Assembly: GCA_029564465.1 (NCBI GenBank)
Contig: JAKQPY010000154.1
Location: 10,477-74,476 of the forward strand
Length of the DNA: 64,000 nucleotides
Reading direction: 5' to 3'
Source of the DNA: Bacteroidota bacterium
GTDB lineage: Bacteria > Bacteroidota > Bacteroidia > Bacteroidales > ML635J-15
A program made the position numbers and the translations under genes. Under the pieces are notes generated by a model. It saw only the letters and a list, made by a program, of their open reading frames with translations. It made no database searches and had not been told where the DNA came from. This document shows, one piece after another, positions 39,701 to 47,721 of the stretch. Position 1 is the stretch's first letter, and each line of letters begins with the position of its first letter.

Positions 39701-40899
39701 GCCAGATAATTCAGGTCACTTTTGCTTAACAGTACACCGCGCCGCAAATACAATTCATACGCATTCTCAACAAACTGCTGCACTTCAAACAATTCCTTTT
39801 CGGCAATGCTGATGTTTTCATAGATTTTTTCGGCCAGCGCATCGTGGCGCAACTCGTAGCGGTTGTAATTGTCCTTGTCGCGCAATATACGCAGATTTAC
39901 AAACTGGTTTAGCAGACTGCGCAGGATCTCGGCATCCACCGGTTTACCCATGCTGTGGCAAAAATCAGATATCTCCGCCTCTCCCACCTGCTTCTTCGTT
40001 CCTTTTACCGATACCATTGCCTTGAGAACCGTCATCGCCATTTCGCTGTCGGCAAACGATTTTATCTGCTCATCAAGAAAAGTACCGAGCAGGTCTTTTA
40101 CGTTGCCGCAGTTGTCAATCAGTGCATTGGTAAAATGTATGGTATTCTCTGCTTCTTGGTTTTCGGCACTTGCCATTTTATACAGCCTGTCGAGAAACAC
40201 CTGCAGGTAGGTCAGTTCGATATCGCCGCTACCGGGCGAAAGGCGGCTGAGCATATTTTCGGCAAAGCCTTCTTCCACACCTATTCGGGCCACGCGGCAC
40301 GGACCTTCGATAGCCTGACGTGCATTTTCGAAGCCCATTTTTTCGATGCGCACCCGGTTTTCGAGAATTTCAGGCACAATACGCTCAAACTCGGTGATGC
40401 CGGCCAGATATTCTTCGCGGATTACAAAAATAAAACGGCATTGCAAATCGCTGTCAACTACCGCTTTTACCGATTGAACAAACTGCTGTTTCTCGGTTTT
40501 ACTGCCAAAAATCATCAACTCCTCAAACTGGTCAAAAATCAAATACACAGGCTTGAAGTGGTCGAGGTACAGTGAGCGTATAGCCTTGAGCATCCATTTT
40601 GGTTTGCTCAAATCGGGATGCAGTTCTGTGATAGAGGCTTTTGTAAGTTCACCAGCAAGCGCTTCGTTTATGTCACGCCCACGGCGGATGTTCAGCGGAA
40701 GCCAGTCGCTGTCGTTAAACTTCGACGCCAATCCGCAATGAATTAGCGACGATTTTCCGGTTCCCGAAACACCGTAAACGAGCAATATTTTACTCTCAAA
40801 CACCTTTTGATACAGTGCTTCTATTTCGCGGTCACGTCCAAAAAACACATTCCGGTCGTCGCGCGTGTAAGAATCGAGAAATTTAAAGGGAGATTGCAT
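36718..40899 (-). CDS. STAND-type P-loop NTPase - single TM helix - WD40 repeats - helical C-terminal domain (1393 aa); paralog of 33875..36589
   Basis: The first ~68 aa are identical to the 904-aa neighbour except one V/L substitution at residue 68, and the proteins stay highly similar to about aa 400. TM helix IWILSSAAIVLLIVLSGFTWWAM. WD-like repeats SFDCTAKVWDS, SDDKTAKFWDT, SFDGSLKRWNM, SSDSTVRLWGL. The last ~300 aa are helical with no recognisable domain. Confidence 0.9.
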   Translation of the reverse strand: MQSPFKFLDSYTRDDRNVFFGRDREIEALYQKVFESKILLVYGVSGTGKSSLIHCGLASKFNDSDWLPLNIRRGRDINEALAGELTKASITELHPDLSKPKWMLKAIRSLYLDHFKPVYLIFDQFEELMIFGSKTEKQQFVQSVKAVVDSDLQCRFIFVIREEYLAGITEFERIVPEILENRVRIEKMGFENARQAIEGPCRVARIGVEEGFAENMLSRLSPGSGDIELTYLQVFLDRLYKMASAENQEAENTIHFTNALIDNCGNVKDLLGTFLDEQIKSFADSEMAMTVLKAMVSVKGTKKQVGEAEISDFCHSMGKPVDAEILRSLLNQFVNLRILRDKDNYNRYELRHDALAEKIYENISIAEKELFEVQQFVENAYELYLRRGVLLSKSDLNYLAPYSDKLYLSREHETFIKRSQSELTKARRRRIWILSSAAIVLLIVLSGFTWWAMRERSKAEENEKKALANYYNSLAKGVVNENPTVALRLAEYAYSIDTANKEILENIYSIYYSNNLYKTIYGVNTGISCVKKHPQKDVLFLGMVDGSMHVVDTSGNLVAKYDTIHNRVITEICFYDDNTIITASFDCTAKVWDSSMNLIAVLAPDRTGTADYIGLKRCIAVSPDRQKIVISVARHSFQIYDRNWTLLVDKDAHNENIADLKFLDNENVFITCSDDKTAKFWDTNGNCINTVEFNDNVSGFVQIGKTLLFRTSNAILEYDSEGNFIDKIQTNSSEYAKLWRINDLMIYTEDNNIYSYLASYGQSEFLSSFLGHKHIVLDVEVIGSYLFSASFDGSLKRWNMEQQLLQSFTVPANAKSDAIYTGNAISNNYCDGGRNQITHLSFINNDESLFICSRDSISKIVDLTTGRETLLIGHKRGINDAVVSYDGKFMLTSSSDSTVRLWGLNGENILTIKTECQYITNIDLSRDNKRIAVCDNKRCIYIYNRGGELIRKVEKDEIPGTIIQAVKLLDNNQIIAIDAMKGVILLLDSVGNELKRYQGKGSIYYPFETFIKEDKKQKLYYSSLGGSNLYVFDSLLNVKLIIPGYENEVADAAINSVFSIFTAGGFKNMNLEMYDKVGLKKCSLIFRNSLANIDVSQNGKLLSVGFYGFNKVLLFSLKSDYKYPLSENCADVLSLSNKMQYEIVFDFQQSITTASELELNELFFYLKRNCDLTIDSVSKADYLIKASLVSSELIKKNPEKLHFVFRKLISDIELIKYDVEVDPIEWGFYHMKIIKSNNFWDKYELLTLYNENLEVFYDSEIHPEYLLVSLLEAIENSTEFDESMSFFVMILNLFMDENITKMVNVKYLFQVNQFILKHNPLNKAALAKKPVIYLLQNKYFMAMKWYAKYNNEMYDEKRTFQSVFIQDIENLQEKGIYHIGYATTLELLRTDKK

Positions 40900-40920
40900 A
40901 GCTGGTTATTTTATTTCAAA

Positions 40921-41184
40921 TTATTGATTGTTGATTTCAAATTTAAAATTGGGTTCATTTAGTAGGACATTAGTTGTTTTAAAAGCATTTGATAATTAAG
41001 TTATTACATTCTATTTCGTTTGATATTAAATCAAAAATCATAAATTTGAAATCCAAAATTTTCAAAGTGTTTATTGTTGATTTCAAATTAAAATTGGGTT
41101 CATTTAGTGGGACATTAGTTGTTTTTAAAGCATTTGATAATTAAGGTATTACATTCTATTTCGTTTCATATTAAATCAAAAAAA
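40921..41184. repeat. Two direct copies of a ~115-nt non-coding unit (40921..41037 and 41071..41184)
   Basis: Both copies align by eye with only a handful of substitutions and small indels (ttattg(att)gttgatttcaaat(t)taaaattgggttcatttagt(a/g)ggacattag...cgttt(g/c)atattaaatcaaaaa). Confidence 0.85.
40938..40945 (-). promoter_or_regulatory. Candidate -7 promoter box (TAAATTTG on the minus strand) for the 1393-aa STAND gene
   Basis: Fits TAnnTTTG, ~40 nt upstream of ATG 40899 and inside repeat copy 1. Copy 2 carries a 1-nt deletion in the motif. Confidence 0.3.
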
Positions 41185-41197
41185 ATAAAATCTCCAA

Positions 41198-41569
41198 TCA
41201 CTTAGTTTTATTCATATTCTTCTTCAGTGTAATCAACGTCTTACTAACAATACTTACAAGTTCCTCACTTTCTTTTTTTAAAACCAACAGATTTGCATCA
41301 TCGCAATTCATAATTTTCGATTGCTGCATAAAACCAATCCAAAAATCAACTTCTCTGATTTCTTTTAAAACAATTTGCAACTTGTGCGCAAAGTCTCTTT
41401 TGCTTTCGGCACCAATGGCTTCCTGATAATTTGCCCCACAGGACGTTGCAGAACGAAAAAGCTGCATATAAACGTGTCGCCCGCTAAAAGATTTAACCAT
41501 CAACTTTTCGAGCCGATACACAGAAACCGCAAAAATTATAAACCGATCTGATAATTCCTTACTAGTCAT
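41198..41569 (-). CDS. Four-helix-bundle protein (23S rRNA intervening-sequence protein / Avd-like family)
   Basis: 123 aa. Pattern ...RSATS(C/I)GANYQEA......DF..KL.I..KE..E..FW is typical of this family. Confidence 0.75.
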   Translation of the reverse strand: MTSKELSDRFIIFAVSVYRLEKLMVKSFSGRHVYMQLFRSATSCGANYQEAIGAESKRDFAHKLQIVLKEIREVDFWIGFMQQSKIMNCDDANLLVLKKESEELVSIVSKTLITLKKNMNKTK

Positions 41570-41664
41570 CTATTATTATCTCCAATTAAAAAAATTAAAA
41601 ATCATCAATCTTAAATTCTAAATCAAAAATCTTAAATCAAAAATTTAAAATCTTAAATCTCCCA

Positions 41665-42696
41665 TCATCCGCAAACCACTTTCACCAAATCTTTATATTC
41701 CTGTAACAAGTTTGCATAATTGCTTAGCGAACGAAGATCGCATTTTTCAGTTACTTCGGTTCCAACATACATCAGGTGGTCGCTTCGGAATTTGGTAAAC
41801 ATAAAAATGTCCTTTTTAATATCGAACTTTTCCTTGTCATTGATAACTTCGCAATTTGTGTCAATAATCAGTGGTGACAGATTAAGGTATTCGTCAATTG
41901 ATTTAATGCTTTTCATAAGCAGCACCGATTGCGTATCGGTGAACTTGGTTTCATCGATTTCCTGAATTTTAAAACCTGAGTCGGAACTGTTTAAAATGTC
42001 AACAGAGTGTTGAAATACCGGATCCTGATTTTTGGGCTTCACCACTTTAATTTCGCGTACCGATACCAATTTGTACTTCACAAGGAAACTGAGCTTTTCG
42101 AGAATGAATGCCAGTTTATCTTCGTACTCCACACAACGTTTCTCGATATCTTCCTGAGTTAAATTTATCTGATAATGTCCAATTTCGTTGCGTTCAGGAA
42201 CCCAAAAATCAAGGGCGTTCAAGAATTTAGAGTCGAATTCCACTGTTTCGGGCAGAAACCAATCACGCTCTTGCTCTGAATAAAACTTCGTTAGCATGCG
42301 AATAATCCATGCATAATTACCCATAGACAAAACCGAAAATCGCGATTCAAAATCCTTTTTAAAGCTATCGGGAACCATTATCAATCCATTGGCAACATCT
42401 CGCCAAAGCTGGCTGATCATAATAAAACTCATGAATTGCATGCTACGCTCTATGGTTTTAAAAATCTGATCGAGGCGCATACGGTCGAGCTGGCGCATTG
42501 AGCCTGAAAATAACCTTCGAAGCTCGACCCCAACAGGCCAGGGGAAATTTCTGATAATTAAATCACCCAATAATCGCGGATCAATCGCATCATCCTCATC
42601 ATCCTCGTCAACGACAACAAATTTTGCCAGTGCCGGGCGGTTTTTTACCATTGCATCAAAAACACGCTTAATTAAATCTTCATTCAGTTTTTTCAT
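41665..42696 (-). CDS. Hypothetical cytoplasmic protein (343 aa), no recognisable domain
   Basis: Long ORF with coding-like composition, an acidic tract VVVDEDDEDDAIDP, and no TM helix or signal peptide. Confidence 0.7.
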   Translation of the reverse strand: MKKLNEDLIKRVFDAMVKNRPALAKFVVVDEDDEDDAIDPRLLGDLIIRNFPWPVGVELRRLFSGSMRQLDRMRLDQIFKTIERSMQFMSFIMISQLWRDVANGLIMVPDSFKKDFESRFSVLSMGNYAWIIRMLTKFYSEQERDWFLPETVEFDSKFLNALDFWVPERNEIGHYQINLTQEDIEKRCVEYEDKLAFILEKLSFLVKYKLVSVREIKVVKPKNQDPVFQHSVDILNSSDSGFKIQEIDETKFTDTQSVLLMKSIKSIDEYLNLSPLIIDTNCEVINDKEKFDIKKDIFMFTKFRSDHLMYVGTEVTEKCDLRSLSNYANLLQEYKDLVKVVCG

Positions 42697-42790
42697 AGAA
42701 TATAAGTTTTCTATCAGAGTTAGAATTAAGAACTATTCGAACCATAAAAATAACAAATTTTATACAAAATAAAAATTGGCAACGACATGC

Positions 42791-42819
42791 AAAAAAAAAA
42801 GCCTCATCACTGAGGCTTT
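42791..42819 (-). terminator. Rho-independent terminator of the RRM-protein gene
   Basis: Minus strand reads AAAGCCTCAgtgaTGAGGCtttttttttt, ~25 nt after the stop. Confidence 0.8.
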
Positions 42820-42842
42820 CCGAGGTATCTTCAATAACAGGA

Positions 42843-43148
42843 CTAGTAACGTCTGTTAGGATTGTTTCCGTAACCGCTGTTCCGGTTGTTACTGAATGAG
42901 TTTTCGGTTCTGGGTTTAGCTTCGTTTACGATAAGATTCTTACCCATGAACGCTGAATTGTTCAACGCGCTGATAGCACGCTGTCCTTCTTCATCGTTGC
43001 TCATTTCAACAAAACCAAAACCTCTGCTTTTTTGAGTAAATTTGTCGATGATGATCTTTGCAGATACTACTTCGCCATACTCTTCGAATAATCCTTTAAG
43101 TTCGCTTTCGGAAGCTTTAAATGGAATTCCTGCTACATAAATGTTCAT
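42843..43148 (-). CDS. RNA-binding protein with one RRM domain and a short C-terminal Asn/Ser/Arg-rich tail (few glycines)
   Basis: RNP2 NIYVAGIPF and RNP1 SRGFGFVEM. Confidence 0.9.
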   Translation of the reverse strand: MNIYVAGIPFKASESELKGLFEEYGEVVSAKIIIDKFTQKSRGFGFVEMSNDEEGQRAISALNNSAFMGKNLIVNEAKPRTENSFSNNRNSGYGNNPNRRY

Positions 43149-43207
43149 TGTACAATACTAAGTTTAATTAATTATAAATAACTCAAATTACCTTATGTAA
43201 TTCAGTG

Positions 43208-43215
43208 CAAATATA
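43208..43215 (-). promoter_or_regulatory. Candidate -7 promoter box (TATATTTG on the minus strand) for the RRM-protein gene
   Basis: Fits TAnnTTTG and would give a ~55-nt leader. Confidence 0.3.
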
Positions 43216-43306
43216 CGACAATAAATAAGACATGCAAGTTCTATCCGACATTATCCAAAACAATAGCATTTATTATACAATATTCAACAGGATTGTACGA
43301 AAAGCT

Positions 43307-43966
43307 TTAAATCTGAATTATCCTAATCCCTTGAGGAAGCGCAAATTTTGTTGAATCCACCGGATTTTCGTCGAATTGTACCGCTTCAATCACCAGGTCA
43401 TCACCCCGGTTACTGCTTACCGATTTCAACGGAATACCTTTATATAGCCATACAGTGGTAGGCATTGGCTTTTCGAAACTCACCACCGTACAATAATGTT
43501 TCAACACACTCTCGTCCCCAATTTTCTTCACACCATATTGTTCTTTTTGCTGGGCAGTAAGCTTCTCGTATTCGGTGGCCGGTTCAGGCCGGAAAGGGGT
43601 TTTTACCACCTCTTTTGACCCAATCTGCATGTCGTATTTATATCCATCGATAACATACGAGCAGGTACCCCTCTTCGTTCCGTTTTCGATTCGGTATGCT
43701 TCTTCGTATTGAAGTTTTCCATAAGCGCTAAACCATACCTCGCGAATGACTCCAATGGTAGAAGTATACTTCAGATATGCATGTTCAATCTGATACACAG
43801 CATCATCGGGAATCAGGTTCCCGTCAGTATTTGCACTGTCTGTTATTGTATCTGACACAGAAATATGCTCAACAGAACCTCCGGTTTCGTTCAATTTCGA
43901 ATTTCTCGTGTTACACGAAATAAGAACAGGAATTGTGATAATTAAAACAAAAATTATTCTTCTCAT
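43307..43966 (-). CDS. Hypothetical lipoprotein
   Basis: Internal start gives MRRIIFVLIITIPVLISC (lipobox-like). The track ORF extends to 44020 and would overlap rluD. Confidence 0.6.
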   Translation of the reverse strand: MRRIIFVLIITIPVLISCNTRNSKLNETGGSVEHISVSDTITDSANTDGNLIPDDAVYQIEHAYLKYTSTIGVIREVWFSAYGKLQYEEAYRIENGTKRGTCSYVIDGYKYDMQIGSKEVVKTPFRPEPATEYEKLTAQQKEQYGVKKIGDESVLKHYCTVVSFEKPMPTTVWLYKGIPLKSVSSNRGDDLVIEAVQFDENPVDSTKFALPQGIRIIQI

Positions 43967-43976
43967 AATCAATTGA

Positions 43977-45047
43977 TTAAATCGTTTTTTCAATATCGCT
44001 CCGACCCGAGATATACGCATCCCATTTCTCCAATAACGCGGCCATATCGGTGGGAATTTCGGAGTCGAACATTAATTTCTTTTTTGTAACCGGATGTACA
44101 AAGCCCAGTGTTTTTGCATGCAAAGCCTGCCGTGGACAAATTTGAAAGCAGTTTTCAACAAATTGTTTGTATTTGCTGAATAAGGCACCTTTTACAATAC
44201 TATTGCCTCCATATTCCGAGTCGTTAAAAAGTGGAAATCCCAGATTACTGAAGTGAACACGAATCTGATGAGTCCTGCCTGTTTCGAGTCGGCACTCAAC
44301 ATAGGTGCAATAGGTGTAACGCTGCAAAACACGGTAATGGGTAACCGCATGTTTACCCGATGAACCATCCTGAAAAACCGTCATAACTTTTCGGTTCGAG
44401 GGATGCCTTCCGACATTACCCGTAATGGTTCCCTCATCATCGGGTAAATTGCCCCAAACCAGTGCATGATAGGTTCGTGAAGCGGTATGTTCAAAAAACT
44501 GTTTGCCCAAGCCATTCAACGTCTTCTCGTTTTTTCCGACCACCAGCAATCCACTGGTATCCTTATCGATGCGGTGCACCAACCCGGAGCGGATATCGTT
44601 TTCGGAAAACAATTCGTTTCCCTGCAGGTGAAACGCCAATGCATTTACTAAAGTCCCGGTGAAATGTCCCACCGCCGGATGCACGACCATTCCAGCCGGC
44701 TTGTTGACTACCAATAAATCGTTGTCTTCGTAAACAATCTGAAGTGGGATATTTTCGGGTATAAGTTCAAATTCAATTTTAGGAAAACTTAGCAATATGG
44801 TAATTACTTCGCCGGGTTTAATTTTATAATTCGATTTAACGGTTTTGCTGTTTACAAAGACGTTTCCGGCTTCGATAGCTGCCTGAATTCTGGTTCTTGA
44901 AACATTGGCTATTTTACCGCCCAGAAATTTATCGATACGAAGTACGGCTTGACCTGCATCGACTACAAAACGAAAATGTTCGAACAAATCTTCCTGGGCC
45001 GACTGGTTTTCGGTCTCGGCGTTGTTAATGTAATCCTGCTGTAACAT
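43977..45047 (-). CDS. rluD: RluA/RluD-family 23S rRNA pseudouridine synthase with an N-terminal S4 domain
   Basis: Catalytic motif HRIDKDTSGLLVV; S4-like RIDKFL....VSRTRIQ.AI..G.V.VN. Confidence 0.85.
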   Translation of the reverse strand: MLQQDYINNAETENQSAQEDLFEHFRFVVDAGQAVLRIDKFLGGKIANVSRTRIQAAIEAGNVFVNSKTVKSNYKIKPGEVITILLSFPKIEFELIPENIPLQIVYEDNDLLVVNKPAGMVVHPAVGHFTGTLVNALAFHLQGNELFSENDIRSGLVHRIDKDTSGLLVVGKNEKTLNGLGKQFFEHTASRTYHALVWGNLPDDEGTITGNVGRHPSNRKVMTVFQDGSSGKHAVTHYRVLQRYTYCTYVECRLETGRTHQIRVHFSNLGFPLFNDSEYGGNSIVKGALFSKYKQFVENCFQICPRQALHAKTLGFVHPVTKKKLMFDSEIPTDMAALLEKWDAYISGRSDIEKTI

Positions 45048-46897
45048 TAGTGAGAAACAACCAAGCGCAAGGTAGTCGGACCTGTGTCACGCATCACATG
45101 AACAATATACAATCCATTGTTCCATTGAGATACGTCGATGGTTTCGTAAGCCTTACCCGAAAACTGCAACCTTCCTGAGCAATCGTAAATGAAGCACTCT
45201 CCATCTAAAGTTCCGTATTCGGATGCAATATTCACCTGATTTGAAGCAGGATTTGGGTATAATACAAATCTGGATTCAGGAACAACAGGAATACTCATTG
45301 GGTTGGGATCTTTCCCAAAAACAGGCCGTACCATAATAGCACCCTGTAGCGACGACTGAGTCCAGTTGCCATCGGTATTATACAATAGTTTTGATGAAGC
45401 ATCCCTGTTTTTGTCAAAGCCCACATTAAGCATATCGTCGGTTGTTTTTACCCAACCAATGAAAAAAGCGCCTGAAACAAAAACGGGAGTATCGAGTGCG
45501 TAATATCGGTACTCGTTGAGACTATCAGTATAAATTGGTCTTACCCCAATCTGTTCAACCAGGGTATCACCCGGTACGCCTCCATCGTTTTCCCACACCA
45601 TCAGGTAGAAATAATGAATATTTGCATCGTTAAGTACATGATTGAAGAAAATATTCACACCACGCAATGTGTCGGCTTGTAAAGGTTCAAACATTAACGC
45701 AACTGCCGAACCGGCTGTTCCCTGACCGGCAATCCCATACCCCTGCTCGGCAGAACCATCGTCGTAGGCATAATAATTATAAAAACACTGATTGTAGATG
45801 ATTGTATCGTTCCAACGATAAGGACGGCGTGCTGCCGTAGTATCAGTTTTAATAAAACCCTTTAACTCAAAACATGCTGAATCAATTGTGTTGGAATTAA
45901 ATACATAATTTACCTGTTTCCCATAACTCAAAGTGCTACCTGGCAAAATATTCTCACTGTCATCAAGGCTCGAAAAACCGGTGCCGGTCCCCCACAAATC
46001 GCGTATGGTTAATTGCCGGTTAATGTTCTGGCCGGTGGTACCATTGTTTTTGTATACATATACCAGTGAATCGATGGTATTGGCTGCCGCCACAGGTTTA
46101 AAATGCTCCCAGGGAACACTTTCGTAAGTGTCGATCATACTGGTGAAATCCGAAATAAAAGCCACATCCTGCGTAATCGTATCATTCATATTTCGGGCAG
46201 TATCCAGCCTGACATAATCAATGTTCCAGATGTCAAAATTACTGTTGAACGAAGGCTCGTAGTTTGAGCCGATACTGGCATAATTTTTAAAGCGAAAACG
46301 AAATCCTTTTTTCAGAAAAGCAGGGTCTGTAACCGGGACTAAAACCAACTGGAAAGTATCCATAGCAACGCCACCATCGGTATTCCAAACCGAAACCCAG
46401 GTAGTATCAGGCGAAGAAAATTCCAATACCAACGAGTCGCCCACATCGGGTTTTTCACCTGTTCCACCACATTGATAGTAGAAACTCAGGTAAACAGAGT
46501 CTCCAGGACTGTATTGCAGGTTAATTGGTTTTGAGGTTAGATATTCGGATACAAGGCTGGTAGTAAACGACAAATTTGTGTAAACAGCACCCGTGCTATC
46601 AAGAATATCAAGACTGGCGACGCCAATCGAAATCGGGTCGATGGCATAGCCATTATTGATGAAGGCTGAATGTCCGTCCCATATTGCCTGATTGGCAAAA
46701 ACATAGGAATTCGAAAAGTCATCAAAAAAAGGCAATTCTAAGGTATCGGCATTCTTCACCGATTTATAATCGTATTCTTTAAAGTACTTCTTGCTGTAAT
46801 CGCGAATAACCGATGGAGCAATGTCAATAAGCGTTTCCTGAGCCCAAAGACTTAGCCCGGGCAACAGAAAAAGTATTAAGAAGGTACATTTCTTCAT
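45047..46897 (-). CDS. T9SS-secreted protein of unknown function
   Basis: Signal peptide MKKCTFLILFLLPGLSLWAQ. C-terminus LYPNPASNQVNI...GLYIVHVMRDTGPTTLRLVVSH is a type A CTD. Its stop overlaps the rluD start (TAATG). Confidence 0.8.
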   Translation of the reverse strand: MKKCTFLILFLLPGLSLWAQETLIDIAPSVIRDYSKKYFKEYDYKSVKNADTLELPFFDDFSNSYVFANQAIWDGHSAFINNGYAIDPISIGVASLDILDSTGAVYTNLSFTTSLVSEYLTSKPINLQYSPGDSVYLSFYYQCGGTGEKPDVGDSLVLEFSSPDTTWVSVWNTDGGVAMDTFQLVLVPVTDPAFLKKGFRFRFKNYASIGSNYEPSFNSNFDIWNIDYVRLDTARNMNDTITQDVAFISDFTSMIDTYESVPWEHFKPVAAANTIDSLVYVYKNNGTTGQNINRQLTIRDLWGTGTGFSSLDDSENILPGSTLSYGKQVNYVFNSNTIDSACFELKGFIKTDTTAARRPYRWNDTIIYNQCFYNYYAYDDGSAEQGYGIAGQGTAGSAVALMFEPLQADTLRGVNIFFNHVLNDANIHYFYLMVWENDGGVPGDTLVEQIGVRPIYTDSLNEYRYYALDTPVFVSGAFFIGWVKTTDDMLNVGFDKNRDASSKLLYNTDGNWTQSSLQGAIMVRPVFGKDPNPMSIPVVPESRFVLYPNPASNQVNIASEYGTLDGECFIYDCSGRLQFSGKAYETIDVSQWNNGLYIVHVMRDTGPTTLRLVVSH

Positions 46898-46908
46898 AAA
46901 TTCAGTTT

Positions 46909-47721
46909 TTAATCAGGCATAACACCGTGTAGCAATGCCGTATCGCGGGTAAGCCAAATATCTACATTAGAACCCAAATTTATCTTGTTTATTGTATCGG
47001 CTGCAGGTAATTGTCGATAGACCCGGGCATCAAGTGAATCTTTTCGGTTTTTAACACTGCTGTCGTAGGTAACTGCACCTAAGTTCAGGAACTGGTCAAG
47101 CAACAGGTTATAGGCTTGTTTATATGTCATACCCCTTAGGTGTGGAACACTGGTTCGTTCATCGCTGAGGCCAAGACCAAGGACCAGATCGATTTTTGAG
47201 CCTTTTTTAATTTTTTCGCCGGGCTCAATTTCTTTCCCTTTATGCAACTGACGTATGACATTATTTTCCGCAATATCGGGGACATAACGCAAATTTCCGG
47301 CCACCAGTCCATAAGTTTCCATCACGGCCATGGCATTGCGGAGGCTTATTCCCCTCAAATCGGGCATCTGTACCATTTCGTCGCCCATGGCATTCACAAC
47401 CAGATAGATGGTACGACCTTCCTTCACTTTAAATCCAGCCATTGGGTTTTGTTCAACAACTGCCCCTTTATCAACATCTTCGGAATACACTGAGTCATTA
47501 ATTACAAAAGTAAATCCCTTATCATCACACATCTTTTCGACCTCCTCGATACTCAATCCTACAAAATCGGGAACCGAAACCGACTCTCCATGATGGGTAT
47601 AGAGCTTCAGCACCAGCATAACCACCCACACAAGAACCACCGTAATACCAATGGCAATCCCAAAGTTCACCAGAAATAGCTTACTTCTGAGTAAATTCCA
47701 AAGTTTTTTCAATCGCTCCAT
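46909..47721 (-). CDS. PASTA-domain membrane protein
   Basis: Start at MERLKKLW, followed by a TM helix and three PASTA-like repeats (VPDFVGLSIEEVEKM, MPDLRGISLRNAMAVM, VPHLRGMTYKQAYNLL). Confidence 0.75.
   Translation of the reverse strand: MERLKKLWNLLRSKLFLVNFGIAIGITVVLVWVVMLVLKLYTHHGESVSVPDFVGLSIEEVEKMCDDKGFTFVINDSVYSEDVDKGAVVEQNPMAGFKVKEGRTIYLVVNAMGDEMVQMPDLRGISLRNAMAVMETYGLVAGNLRYVPDIAENNVIRQLHKGKEIEPGEKIKKGSKIDLVLGLGLSDERTSVPHLRGMTYKQAYNLLLDQFLNLGAVTYDSSVKNRKDSLDARVYRQLPAADTINKINLGSNVDIWLTRDTALLHGVMPD

Noticed and set aside
39955-40575. Long antisense ORFs inside large genes (for example 39955..40575, 36131..36622, 35537..35953, 16332..16805, 3776..4231, 25093..25524).
   Set aside because: They lie opposite much longer ORFs with clear domain content and show no motifs of their own, so they are shadow ORFs.
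40921-41184. CRISPR array; the same question applies to the repeats at 50289..50490.
   Set aside because: Only two copies in each case. The units are ~95-115 nt, far longer than CRISPR repeats, with no spacer-repeat periodicity and no cas genes in the window.
40921-41569. Diversity-generating retroelement hypothesis, since the four-helix-bundle protein is Avd-like and lies next to a pair of near-identical ~115-nt repeats (template/variable repeat).
   Set aside because: No reverse transcriptase ORF anywhere in the window. Both repeat copies are intergenic rather than at the 3' end of a target gene. The mismatches between copies (a/g, a/t, t/g, g/c and small indels) are not restricted to adenines.
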